In this document: positions 36,026-46,122 of the stretch, in pieces
Layout: each line of letters opens with the position of its first letter
How positions within the stretch are numbered: the stretch's first letter is position 1
Assembly (NCBI GenBank): GCA_965204535.1
Contig: CBDBEV010000001.1
Coordinates: 1,056,001-1,120,000, forward strand
Length of the DNA: 64,000 bases
Origin: a bacterium
Lineage (GTDB): Bacteria > UBA8248
Direction of reading: 5' to 3'
The notes under the pieces: generated by a model
Databases searched by the model: none
What the model was told of the DNA's origin: nothing
The model's input: the letters and a program-made list of their open reading frames with translations, nothing else
Translations under genes and position numbers: made by a program

Positions 36026-37006
36026 ATGGCGCAAGAGGCTCACGCATCGAGCGAAGGCGCCGCCGCCGCAGGCGGGCGCGCGGCGTATGGTGTTCTGGTT
36101 CGCTTCGGGCCGGTCATCGGTCTGGCGTTCTTGTGTCTCGTCCTCTCCGTAACGTCGGAAGCCTTCCTGAACCCGGCGAATCTCATCAACGTCGCGCGCC
36201 AGGTCTCCATCAACGCCATCATCGCCGCCGGCATGACGTTCGTCATGATCTCGGGCGGGTTCGACCTCTCGGTCGGCTCCGTCATGGCGCTCTCGGGCGT
36301 GGTGGGCATCATGGCGATGAACGCCTTCGGCGACGCGGCGGGCATCCTCATCATGCTGGCCGTCGCCCTCTCCTGCGGGCTATGGAACGGCCTCCTCGTC
36401 GCCTTCGCGCGCATCAACGCCTTCGTGGCCACACTCGCCGGGATGACCATCTACCACGGCATCGCCCTCGTGGTGACGGATTCTTTCCCTGTTACGCGCT
36501 TCGGCGGCTGGTACCGCAATTTCGGCCAGGGCCATCTTTTCGGGCTGCCGATACCCATCTACGTTCTCATCATCGTCTACGTTGTCGCCCACATCGTGCT
36601 GACGCGCACGGCCTTCGGCACCTCGGTCTACGCCGTGGGCGGAAACGAGGAGGCCGCCCGCCTTTCGGGCATCAACGTGGAGCGCATCCGCACCTCGGTC
36701 TTCACCATCTGCGGCTTCGGGGTGGGCATCGCCTCGCTGCTCATCATCGGGCGCCTGCAGTCCGCGCAGGCGAACATGGGCATCCAGGCGGAACTCGACG
36801 CCATCGCCGCCGTCGTCATCGGCGGCACGAGCCTGGCCGGGGGGGAGGGCCGCGTGTTCGGCACCCTTGCGGGCGCCTTCACCATCGGCGTCCTGAACAA
36901 CGGCCTGAACCTCCACGACATCAGCGCGCACTGGCAGCTCGTCGCCAAGGGCGTCGTCATCGCGCTCGCCGTCATCATCGACCGCCAACTCGTGCACAGG
37001 CAGTGA
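36026..37006 (+). CDS. Ribose-type ABC transporter permease
   Basis: DLSVGS, FVATL, GGNEEAARLSGI and ELDAIAAVVIGGTSL.GG.G motifs. Confidence 0.95.
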   Translation: MAQEAHASSEGAAAAGGRAAYGVLVRFGPVIGLAFLCLVLSVTSEAFLNPANLINVARQVSINAIIAAGMTFVMISGGFDLSVGSVMALSGVVGIMAMNAFGDAAGILIMLAVALSCGLWNGLLVAFARINAFVATLAGMTIYHGIALVVTDSFPVTRFGGWYRNFGQGHLFGLPIPIYVLIIVYVVAHIVLTRTAFGTSVYAVGGNEEAARLSGINVERIRTSVFTICGFGVGIASLLIIGRLQSAQANMGIQAELDAIAAVVIGGTSLAGGEGRVFGTLAGAFTIGVLNNGLNLHDISAHWQLVAKGVVIALAVIIDRQLVHRQ

Positions 37007-37010
37007 GCAG

Positions 37011-38516
37011 ATGCCGGCGCTGTTGACGATGGAGGGCATATCCAAGGCCTTTCCGGGCGTCCAGGCCCTCTCCAAGGTCGATTTCGAGGTCATGCCCGGC
37101 GAGGCGCACGCCCTCATCGGAGAAAACGGAGCGGGCAAGTCCACGCTCATCAAGATTCTCGCGGGCGTCCACCGGCGCGACGCAGGCGAGATACGCTTCG
37201 AAGGGAACGACTACCGGGTCGCCAATCCCCATGAGGCGCTGGCGATGGGCGTGGCCGTCATCTACCAGGAGTTGAACCTTGTCCAGAAGCTCACGGTGGC
37301 GCAGAACATCTTCCTGGGCCACGAACCCCTGCGCCGGGCGGGCTTTGTCGCGACCCGCGAGATGAACGCGCGCGCCGGGGAAATCCTGAAAGAACTCGGG
37401 ATATCCATCGACCCGCGCACCCCGGTCGAAGCGCTCGGCGTCGCGCAGAAGCAGATGGTCGAAATCGCAAAGGCGCTCTCGCGCGCCTCGCGCATCCTGG
37501 TGATGGACGAACCCACCGCTCCGCTGACCCAGAGCGAAATCGAGGTGCTCTTCCGCGTCATCGCGGGCCTGAAAGAACAGGGGCTGGGGGTCATCTACAT
37601 CTCGCATCGGCTCGACGAGGTCTTCCAGATTGCCGACCGCGTCACCGTGCTGCGTGACGGCGAGCGGGTGCATTCGAGCGAGGTGTCCGAGACGCAGATA
37701 GACCGGCTCGTCCTCGCCATGGTGGGCCGCCGCCTCGCCGGGGAAGAACCCCCGCTCGAAGTTCCGGCGGATGCGCCCGTGGCGCTCGAGGCGGAGGGGT
37801 TGTCCGACGGCCGTGTGGTTCGCGACATCTCCTTGCAGGTTCGGGCGGGCGAGGTGGTCGGTCTCGCGGGCCTCATCGGCTCCGGCCGCAGCGAGTTCGC
37901 GCACCTGCTCTTCGGCTCGGAAGCCGCGGCGGGCGGCGAGGCGCGCCTCATGGGCGAGAAGCTGAGCGGAGGCGTCCCCCAGCGGATCGATGCGGGCCTC
38001 GGCATGGTGCCCGAGGACCGCAAGCTCCAGGGACTCGTAATGCAATTACTCGTCAAGGAGAACAGCACGCTCGCCACGCTCGATAAATACACGAGCGGCG
38101 GTTTCATCCGCCGGCCCGCGCATGAGTCCCGCGTGCGGGAGATCATCAAGGAATTGCGCATCGCCACGCGCGGCCCCCGCCAGTCCGTCAAGGCGCTGAG
38201 CGGGGGCAACCAGCAGAAGGTCATCCTCTCGCGCTGGATGGATACGGGCGCCCGCGCGCTCATCTTCGACGAACCCACGCGCGGGGTGGACGTGGGCGCC
38301 AAGGCGGAGATCTACGCCCTCATCCGGGAGTTGCAAAAGCGCGGCGTCGCCATCTTGATGATCAGCTCAGACCTGCCCGAGGTGCTCCGGATCAGCAACC
38401 GGGTCATCGTCATCAGGAACGGACGCGTCGCAGGAGTTCTCACCCGCGAGGAGGCCACACAGGAGAAAGTTTTGCGGCTCATGATGGGAGCCGTCGTATC
38501 GGACAACGGAACCTAA
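37011..38516 (+). CDS. Ribose-type ABC ATPase (two NBDs)
   Basis: GENGAGKST, DEPT, PEDRK and LSGGNQQK; canonical 501 aa. Confidence 0.96.
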   Translation: MPALLTMEGISKAFPGVQALSKVDFEVMPGEAHALIGENGAGKSTLIKILAGVHRRDAGEIRFEGNDYRVANPHEALAMGVAVIYQELNLVQKLTVAQNIFLGHEPLRRAGFVATREMNARAGEILKELGISIDPRTPVEALGVAQKQMVEIAKALSRASRILVMDEPTAPLTQSEIEVLFRVIAGLKEQGLGVIYISHRLDEVFQIADRVTVLRDGERVHSSEVSETQIDRLVLAMVGRRLAGEEPPLEVPADAPVALEAEGLSDGRVVRDISLQVRAGEVVGLAGLIGSGRSEFAHLLFGSEAAAGGEARLMGEKLSGGVPQRIDAGLGMVPEDRKLQGLVMQLLVKENSTLATLDKYTSGGFIRRPAHESRVREIIKELRIATRGPRQSVKALSGGNQQKVILSRWMDTGARALIFDEPTRGVDVGAKAEIYALIRELQKRGVAILMISSDLPEVLRISNRVIVIRNGRVAGVLTREEATQEKVLRLMMGAVVSDNGT

Positions 38517-38548
38517 GCGAGAAACCCTAACCAAAGGAGGAGAAAGCC

Positions 38549-39454
38549 ATGAAAAGAATACTCGGTATTCTAGCTCTCGCGGTCGCGCTGGCCGTCGCGG
38601 GGGCGCCGCCGGCCCAGGCGGCGATGAAGAAGCTCCGCTTCGGGGCGTCCTTCTCGGGCCTTCACCACCCCGCCTACGCCACCGTGGCCAAGCACATGCG
38701 CTCCGAGGCGAAAAAACACGGCGTCGACATCATCATCACCGACAGCCAGGACAAGCTCGCCAAGCAGATCAACGACCTCGAGGACATGATCACCAAGGGC
38801 GTGGACGTGCTCTTCGTGAACACGGTCTCGAAGGGAACCGAGCCCACCCTCAGAAAGGCGGCGGCCAAGGGCATCAAGGTCGTCGCCGTCCAGCGCTGGA
38901 ACAGCGACCCCGCCGTGGTGCACTTCGTCGGCACCGACAACAGGGAGATGGGCCGCATCGGCGCCGAGTGGGTCGTCAAGCGCATGAAGGGCAAGGGCAA
39001 CCTTGTCGTCATGTCGGGCATCCCCGGCGCCGCCTCCTCGGACGACCGCAAGACGGGCTCCGACGCCGTGTGGGCGAAGAACAAGGGCATCAAGGTCGTC
39101 GCCCACCAGACGGGCATGTACAACCGCGTCAAGGCGCTCGAGGTGATGGAGAACATCCTCCAGAAGAACAAGAAGATCGACTGGGTGTTCTGCTACAACG
39201 ACTCGATGGCGATGGGCGTCTTGGGCGCCATTCGCGCCTCGGGCCGCAAGGGCATCAACGTCTTCGGCATGGACGCCATCAAGGACGCGGTGCAGGCCAT
39301 CAAGCGCGGCGAGATGACGGCCACCCTCGCCATTCCCTTCGACGAGGAGGGCCGCGTATCCGTGCGCAACGGCATCAAGCTCGCCAAGGGGGAGAAGCTG
39401 CCCAAGTCCCACGTTATCCAGGCCTTCGTGATGACGAAGGACAACGCGCCCTAA
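38549..39454 (+). CDS. Sugar ABC periplasmic binding protein
   Basis: Signal peptide; VGTDN, NDSMA.G and G.D motifs. Confidence 0.93.
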   Translation: MKRILGILALAVALAVAGAPPAQAAMKKLRFGASFSGLHHPAYATVAKHMRSEAKKHGVDIIITDSQDKLAKQINDLEDMITKGVDVLFVNTVSKGTEPTLRKAAAKGIKVVAVQRWNSDPAVVHFVGTDNREMGRIGAEWVVKRMKGKGNLVVMSGIPGAASSDDRKTGSDAVWAKNKGIKVVAHQTGMYNRVKALEVMENILQKNKKIDWVFCYNDSMAMGVLGAIRASGRKGINVFGMDAIKDAVQAIKRGEMTATLAIPFDEEGRVSVRNGIKLAKGEKLPKSHVIQAFVMTKDNAP

Positions 39455-39486
39455 ATCTGCGTTTCGCGGAAGCATGATTCGCTAGA

Positions 39487-39526
39487 AAAGCCGGCGGCCG
39501 GCCTCTTCAGCGGCCGCCGGTTTTTT
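39487..39526 (+). terminator. Rho-independent terminator
   Basis: CCGGCGGCCG...CGGCCGCCGG-T6. Confidence 0.75.
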
Positions 39527-39575
39527 CGTGTCGATGAGACTCGAACCCATAAATAAAAAAGGATTGTGTGAGAAC

Positions 39576-39603
39576 GTAGGGACAGGTCGCGACCTGTCCC
39601 TAC
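39576..39603. repeat. Perfect 28-bp GTAG palindrome (also at 56854-56881; variant at 20332-20359)
   Basis: GTAGGGACAGGTCGCGACCTGTCCCTAC. Confidence 0.9.
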
Positions 39604-39892
39604 AGGATTTCCCCCGTTCGGGAGAGTTCCGATTGTAAGCAGGGGCGGCTATGCGCCTCCGCCCTGTTCCGCAAGTGCGGTATTGTCCGCCCCGCAGTCC
39701 GCGAGCCGCTCCCACCATGCGACGCCAAAACGAATGATTTTTCAGGTAGCATCCTCACGCAAAGAGGATTATCTTATAGAGAAGGGCGCGCGCCGGGTGG
39801 AGGGCGTAACGCTTGGCATCAAGGGTTTTTCCCCGGGGTTCGGAGGCGCGCGACTTTCGGCGAGTCAGGAGAACCCTCTCTTTTCGCGGAGA

Positions 39893-40333
39893 ATGAAAAT
39901 GTTCCCCATTCCCTGGGAGGCGCGCAGCGACGCGGGCGTTTTCCTGTTCAATCAGGGGGAATACTGGTGCGCGCATGAGGCGTGGGAGGGCATCTGGATG
40001 CACGCCGAGCCCGTGCCCAAGAAGTTCTACCAGGGGCTCATCCAGATCGCCGCGGGCTACGTGAAGCTCCAGCAGCGCCACCACAAGGGCGCGCTCGCGA
40101 ATCTCAAGAAGGGCCTCGAGCGCTTCCGCGAGGTGGATGAGGCCGTGGGCGACCTCGACGTGCCGATTCTCTACAAGAAACTCGTGAACCAATCGCGCGG
40201 GGTGCGCGTGAGCCTGCTCGATCAGGGTGAAGGGCGCGTGCTCGCCCGCGCGTGGGATTTATGGCCGAAGATTGAATACGCCGCCGACGCGAAGAAGAAA
40301 AAGGTTTCCCACTCGCCGCCGGCCAAAGGATGA
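39893..40333 (+). CDS. DUF309 domain protein
   Basis: LFN.GEYW.AHEAWE..W......FYQGLIQ.AA motif. Confidence 0.88.
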   Translation: MKMFPIPWEARSDAGVFLFNQGEYWCAHEAWEGIWMHAEPVPKKFYQGLIQIAAGYVKLQQRHHKGALANLKKGLERFREVDEAVGDLDVPILYKKLVNQSRGVRVSLLDQGEGRVLARAWDLWPKIEYAADAKKKKVSHSPPAKG

Positions 40334-40338
40334 GAGAG

Positions 40339-40890
40339 ATGAAACGTCTTGCCTTTTGCCTCACTATTCTGGTTTTTCTGAGCGGTTGCGGGGGTTTCGA
40401 GCTCACCGATTCTCCGTATCAGCGGATCACCCGCACCCAGCCGAAGGAGAGTTATCTCGTGGCCGTTCAGGCCAGGCTGGTTCCCACCGATTCGCACGTC
40501 GTCTCCCCCTCCACCCCCGAGGAGGCCGAAGTTCGAAGGGCCGCCTGCAAGGGGTTGTCGTTTACCCCCCGGTTCCGCTGCGCGCGGATGAGCGAGGCCG
40601 GGGAGCCTTTGGAGAATCCCGACTACGTCGTTCGGATAGAATACGACGTGATCGACGAGCGCTCTTTTCTGTCGCGCCGGTTCACCAGATTCGTGCTCGT
40701 GAGCGGCGGCGACAGGGAGCCGGACGAGGGAGACGACGTGGGCGATGCGGATCATCTCGTGCGCTGGGGCTTTCGGGTCATCAGGCCCGGAGAGGCGAAA
40801 CCCGTATTCCAGAGCATTTTCCGCGATGAGGGCGTCGATACCTGGAACTTCGACGTCGAACAGTGGATGGAGCGCTATTTTTCGGAGTGA
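40339..40890 (+). CDS. Hypothetical lipoprotein
   Basis: MKR...FLSGC lipobox; start may be 40330. Confidence 0.7.
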   Translation: MKRLAFCLTILVFLSGCGGFELTDSPYQRITRTQPKESYLVAVQARLVPTDSHVVSPSTPEEAEVRRAACKGLSFTPRFRCARMSEAGEPLENPDYVVRIEYDVIDERSFLSRRFTRFVLVSGGDREPDEGDDVGDADHLVRWGFRVIRPGEAKPVFQSIFRDEGVDTWNFDVEQWMERYFSE

Positions 40891-40959
40891 ATTCGCGTCA
40901 ATCGGCACGCCGCATGATTAAATAAAAGAGTTCTCAATATGAAATGACCTATCGGTATC

Positions 40960-41197
40960 AACCGCGGCGTGGGTTATCGAATTCGGAAACCGTCTTGAGC
41001 CAATGAAGGCGTCTTTTCATAAATTTCTGAAAATTAAATTTCCTGGAAATGACGCCGCGGAATCCGGGCGCAGGGGAATTCTGCCACGAATCGCTGCACC
41101 TGCCATGACGGTATATGTGCGGACTTGTGGGCAACTGCGGAGGTGAAGGGCGGAAATTTCGTGAATCGGCGGTTTTATCGTAGAATCGTGGGCGGTT
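40960..41197. repeat. Inverted copy of the AT-rich dispersed element
   Basis: 41136-41188 matches the reverse complement of 54723-54775 at 50/53. Confidence 0.75.
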
Positions 41198-41260
41198 CGC
41201 GCGCTGCCGGGGGCTTCGAGAAAAACATCACAAGTCTTTTATTATCAGCAGGTTATAAAT

Positions 41261-42508
41261 TCACTCGATGACGACGTGCTCGCGGATGGGTTCGCCCAGG
41301 TGCGTCATGCCCGTCTCGGTGACGAGGACGGTATATTCCGCGTGCACGCCGCCCTCCCCGAATTTCCCCGAGGGCAATTCCACCGAGAGCACCGCGCCCG
41401 AAGGCAGGGAAATGTCTGAATTTTCAGGCAAAAACGGATCGTCGAGCTTCACGGGTTCGCTCAGCGTATAGGGCAGCTCGCGCGCCTCGATCCCTATCGT
41501 GTGCCCGCAGAAAGCGCCGTTATAGCGCGGCAGGCCCGATTTTTTCGCCGCCGCCACCGCCGCGCGAAAAATCTCGGAGGGCTTCACCCCCGCCCTGATC
41601 ACGCCGAAGGCGGCCTCTAATCCCGCCTGGATGGCGTTCCACTGCGCCTTGCGCTCCGCGCTCGGCTCGCCGAACGAACCGCAACAGCCCACGTCCGCGC
41701 AGTAATGGTTCAGCCGCATCCCGGCATCGAAGAAAAAGCCGTCCCCCGCCTCGAATTTTCTATCAGAGGGCGGAAAAATCGAGGCCGAACGCCTACCGCC
41801 GGCTAAATGGAACCAGCTCCATTTACCGCCTCCTGCGGCCACTGTACGGTAATAATGGCTTGCTACTTCGCGCTCGGTTCGTCCTGCGGCCATCTCCTTG
41901 TGGAAGGCGACGACGGCCTGTTCGTTCAAGACCGCTGCGGCGCGCATGCGCTCAATCTCTTCATCAGTCTTTTGGAGGCGAATCAAACGAAACAGGTTCG
42001 AGGCATCCAGGAAAGACATCTCCGGTAATGCCGCCTCGAGAGCGCCGCGCGTGCCTGGGCGGATTCCCTCGTTATCGAGGGCTACTTTTCCGCTCGATAA
42101 TCCCCGCTCCCGCAAAAGCCTGAGCAGGGCATTGGTAATATTCGCTTCGCGCGGAGCGTCTTCGGCGATGAGGGAAATATAATTCCTCTCCTCTTCGGTC
42201 GCTCCCGTCTCGCCGGGCGCCATATCGAGCGCCGAGCGGGGACCATAGCCCCTCACGTCTTTGATCCACGAACCCGTCGCCGCGTAGTACGTCTCATCCT
42301 GCCGGGAGAGTATTAACGCGGGCGGTGAGGCCTGATCCCGAAAAAACAGCGCGAAAGTTTCCGTCGTGGCATCGCCGTAGGTGTATTGCGCCCAGCCCTG
42401 AAAACCCGAGAGATACAAGACGTTATGCCGTGTCGTCGCTATCAGCGCGTCCAGATCGAACCTTTCCATGAACTCGAGCGCGTGTTCTTTATGAAAAAGC
42501 ATGAACAT
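41261..42508 (-). CDS. M24 (Xaa-Pro peptidase/creatinase-fold) protein
   Basis: R..KTDEEIERMR, D...Y.AD, GHTIG...E, VE and E ligands. Confidence 0.88.
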   Translation of the reverse strand: MFMLFHKEHALEFMERFDLDALIATTRHNVLYLSGFQGWAQYTYGDATTETFALFFRDQASPPALILSRQDETYYAATGSWIKDVRGYGPRSALDMAPGETGATEEERNYISLIAEDAPREANITNALLRLLRERGLSSGKVALDNEGIRPGTRGALEAALPEMSFLDASNLFRLIRLQKTDEEIERMRAAAVLNEQAVVAFHKEMAAGRTEREVASHYYRTVAAGGGKWSWFHLAGGRRSASIFPPSDRKFEAGDGFFFDAGMRLNHYCADVGCCGSFGEPSAERKAQWNAIQAGLEAAFGVIRAGVKPSEIFRAAVAAAKKSGLPRYNGAFCGHTIGIEARELPYTLSEPVKLDDPFLPENSDISLPSGAVLSVELPSGKFGEGGVHAEYTVLVTETGMTHLGEPIREHVVIE

Positions 42509-42528
42509 CCTCTAAAAGGAATACTGAA

Positions 42529-45500
42529 CTATGTTTGGGGAACAGGTTTCCTGTAATCCTTGATTTGCCGGACAAGCGGAATCCCGCCGCAAACCAGGCC
42601 CGCTACCAGCATGGTTATGCTGAAGAAAATGACGAACAAGATGAACGCGATGAAGCAGGCGAACAAGAGTATCCGCTCGTATTTGTACAGCCTGTCGAAG
42701 AGCCAGCCTTGCGTTCCCGCCGAGAAAGCGATGAATCCCAGGAGCGTAATGGATGCGGAAAGCGCGACGCGCAACGGACTCGCGAACGTAAGCAGCGCCG
42801 GGTCGAACATGAACAAAAACGGCACGATAAAGCCCACGATGGCGAAGCGAAGAGACATCATGGACGTCTTGAAATAGGGCGCTCCCGCCAGCTTGGCCCC
42901 AACGAGCGAGGCTATCGCCACGGGCGGCGTAATGGCGGAGAGAATCGCGAAATAGAAGATGAACATGTGGGCCGCGACCCGGTCTCCCTTGGCGGCCACG
43001 AACTCCTTGACCCATTCCGCTCCGTAAATATGCGTGAGTTCAGGACCCACGAGTTTTACCAGCACCGGTCCGCCCAGAATGGCGAGCAGAACATACGCCG
43101 CAGTCGTCGGCATGCCCATTCCCAATATGGCGCAGCAAACCGCTGTCAGCAGCAGCGCAACGAAGAAACCATCGAGGCCGATATAATACGCGCATCCCCC
43201 GCCGACAGCGGCGCCGAACACGCATATATCCTGGGCGAGGGCCTCGATCATGAAGGCGAACTTGTTCCCCACGCCCGTAATGGACAGAACCTGAACGACG
43301 ACCTCGATGGTAGCCAGCGTCACGGCGAATTCAGCCCCTTGCCTGCCGCCTACGCGCAGAGCGTTGCGAATGCTGAAAATCCAGTCGGAGGCGCTTTGCG
43401 CAGCCTGCGCGGCAGGGCCGGTCTCACCCGTCTGCTTCGCCCTGCGCAAATAGGTGAACGGATTGCAGGATACGGCCAACACCTGCTTCAGGTTAGGCGT
43501 CGGGGCTTCGGGGTCGGATTCTTGCGAGCCGAATGAAAAAATAACCCTCTGCACGATGACGGCCAACCCGAAAAAGATGAGACCGTCATATATGAACCCG
43601 AAAGGCACGAACCATTCGCCGAAATTCGCTATGGGGGGGACGAGCGCATAAATTCCTTTTTGCACATAATAGGCGCCCACCCAAATCATGACGAAAAACC
43701 AAGGTATGGTCGTGGTGGGTTGCGCTCCTTTGCCCCTGGAAACGGACCATACGCTCAGCAGGGCCAGCACGAGAGCGGCTCCCGCCACGCCGGAAGACCA
43801 GCCGAAGGCGACCCACAAACCCAACAACGTGAGCGGGAAGATGGCGAGCCAGTTGCTTTCTGTCTCGCGCCAGAATTCACCCACCCAGGAGAACATGCGA
43901 GCGAAAACGCTCGCCAGAACAAATCCGACGACACCCAGAGAAAGAGCAGCCTTTATCGCCCCGCCCCAAGTCGGTTTTCCGTATACCCCCAACGGTAATC
44001 CGAAACCCAACTCGAAAACCGTGAGCAACGCGTATAGGAAAAATGTGAAAACCCAAAACGTAACCGGCACGAAAACGAATACATCATCTGCGATCGTCTT
44101 GTCGCCTCTCCTCATAGTACCCAAAAATTCCGTCACGTTCCGGTAAAACCAGATGCCCACCATAATGAATACCGACATGACACCTGCAAACACAGGCGTT
44201 CTGCCCTGAAAGAGGAAATAGACCAAAAACGCCAGGGGCACGAGATAGAACCACCCGCTCCTGAGCTCCGCCTTCCAACTCGGAATTTCGTTAGCGGGCA
44301 ACGGCTGGATGTTCAGCGCGCCGGCTGCGAAGTGGATGTTGATTCCCACGATGGTGAAATACAAGATGGCCGGTATACTGGCGTATCCGATAATCTGGAA
44401 ATACGGCACCTCGATGAGTTCGCTCATGATGAAGGCGCCCGCCCCCATGACAGGCGGCATGATCTGTCCGCCGCTGCTGGCCGCCGCCTCCGCCGCTCCG
44501 GCGATGTGCGGGCTCAGACCGATACGCTTCATGAGCGGAATCGTGAACGTGCCGGTGGTTACGACGTTGCCGGATGCGCTGCCCGATACCGTACCCATGA
44601 GCGCGCTCGAACCCACGGCGGCGAGGCCGGCGCCCGCACGCAGCTTTCCAAACAGCCCCAAGGCGAAGTTCACGAAAAAACGGCCCGCGCCCGATTCATG
44701 CAGAAACGCCCCCAAGATCAAAAACATGATGATGAAGGTAGCCGATATGACGACCAAAAAGCCCAAAACGCCACCGATGAAATCGGTCGAGAGTTTCGCT
44801 TGGAGTTCTATCCATGTATGGCCGCCATGCCCGAAAGGAGGCGCAAACAAATTGCCCCATATACCATAAGCCAAAGCAATCATCGCCAAGGTCGGAAGCG
44901 GGGGGCCGAAGCAGCGCCTCGTCAATTCGAGAGCGACGACGATCATGACGAAGCCGACGCGCGCATCGCCGATTGTCGGCGCGCCAGGGCGATCGACCAT
45001 CTCTTCGTGGTAGTAGAACAGGTAAAGGCATGAGGTCGCCACGAAGAAAAGCATCCCTGCGTTCAAGCCAATTGTGAATCCAGCCGGAAAAGGATGCGCG
45101 GGGTATTCCTCAAATACTTCTTTGATGCGTCTTTTGGCCCAGAAAAGAGGAAAAGCAAGTACGACAACCGGCCAGAGGTAGAAGGCGCTCCTCACCTCAT
45201 CGCTTTGCCCGGCCCACAATCCTACCCGCCACCCAATCAGAATGAGCGCTACGAAAAATACAACGAGAAAAACACCCGCTTTTTTCACTCCCTCGGCAGG
45301 TCTGAAGAAAACCGCAAACAAGGTCCACATGGTGGGAATGGCGGAGCATGCGATTATAAGCCACCAAAAGTTGGGCTCATGCGTGCTTTCGGGCAAATAA
45401 TCCCAATACCAGAACAGTATCGGGGCTGGTACAAAGCCCAAAAACCAGAGAAAAAGGGCGAGCCAGGATTTCTCGACGACCATCATCGCCATCCAGATGG

Positions 45501-45855
45501 CGAACGGTAGCGCATAAACCCACCAAACACTCCAGTCGGACCAGCCTTCTCCCATCTCGTAGACGAAATAATAGAAGATGACGGCGGGGATCAAAGACAA
45601 GAGATAGAATACGGGGAGGTATTTAAGCTTGCGTATTTTATCTCCGTAAATCTGTGGCATCGCCCCGGCGCCGCCGATCAGAAGAATGGTATAGGCCAAA
45701 AGCATGTGCATGTTGGGGTGCATCTCACCCGGCAAAGGCCGGAGATAGACAGCGGATATGTGGTACAATCCTGAGAGCACACACAACCAGGATGCGATGA
45801 AAACCAGAGCCCTTACGAGAGGAGCCGACTGGGTGGGGTCTGATTCTGTACTCAT
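42529..45855 (-). CDS. TRAP 4TM/12TM fused permease, unusually long (1108 aa)
   Basis: LELTRR.FG, GSASGNVVTTGTFTIPLM, ASSGGQIMPPVMGAGAF, LGMGMPTTAAY and TPPVA motifs. Confidence 0.92.
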   Translation of the reverse strand: MSTESDPTQSAPLVRALVFIASWLCVLSGLYHISAVYLRPLPGEMHPNMHMLLAYTILLIGGAGAMPQIYGDKIRKLKYLPVFYLLSLIPAVIFYYFVYEMGEGWSDWSVWWVYALPFAIWMAMMVVEKSWLALFLWFLGFVPAPILFWYWDYLPESTHEPNFWWLIIACSAIPTMWTLFAVFFRPAEGVKKAGVFLVVFFVALILIGWRVGLWAGQSDEVRSAFYLWPVVVLAFPLFWAKRRIKEVFEEYPAHPFPAGFTIGLNAGMLFFVATSCLYLFYYHEEMVDRPGAPTIGDARVGFVMIVVALELTRRCFGPPLPTLAMIALAYGIWGNLFAPPFGHGGHTWIELQAKLSTDFIGGVLGFLVVISATFIIMFLILGAFLHESGAGRFFVNFALGLFGKLRAGAGLAAVGSSALMGTVSGSASGNVVTTGTFTIPLMKRIGLSPHIAGAAEAAASSGGQIMPPVMGAGAFIMSELIEVPYFQIIGYASIPAILYFTIVGINIHFAAGALNIQPLPANEIPSWKAELRSGWFYLVPLAFLVYFLFQGRTPVFAGVMSVFIMVGIWFYRNVTEFLGTMRRGDKTIADDVFVFVPVTFWVFTFFLYALLTVFELGFGLPLGVYGKPTWGGAIKAALSLGVVGFVLASVFARMFSWVGEFWRETESNWLAIFPLTLLGLWVAFGWSSGVAGAALVLALLSVWSVSRGKGAQPTTTIPWFFVMIWVGAYYVQKGIYALVPPIANFGEWFVPFGFIYDGLIFFGLAVIVQRVIFSFGSQESDPEAPTPNLKQVLAVSCNPFTYLRRAKQTGETGPAAQAAQSASDWIFSIRNALRVGGRQGAEFAVTLATIEVVVQVLSITGVGNKFAFMIEALAQDICVFGAAVGGGCAYYIGLDGFFVALLLTAVCCAILGMGMPTTAAYVLLAILGGPVLVKLVGPELTHIYGAEWVKEFVAAKGDRVAAHMFIFYFAILSAITPPVAIASLVGAKLAGAPYFKTSMMSLRFAIVGFIVPFLFMFDPALLTFASPLRVALSASITLLGFIAFSAGTQGWLFDRLYKYERILLFACFIAFILFVIFFSITMLVAGLVCGGIPLVRQIKDYRKPVPQT

Positions 45856-46122
45856 ATCTCTCCCTCTTTCTCCACTGTGGTGGATCCTTAATCTTAAGAA
45901 ACTATGTTGATGATCTATACTATTCTATCGGATAGTTTGATTCTTTCGCCAGCGACTTAGGAATTTTGCTTTCTATATTTTTCTACCCACTTGACCAAAC
46001 CAGATGGTTTTGCTTAAGTGTAGCGAACTCGACAGACTCCAAAGTTCGGCATTTTATTCATGAGTTTCGACTTTCTAAGTCGAAACGTGGGAGTAATTTT
46101 CACTACCAAAAAGGAGAAACGA

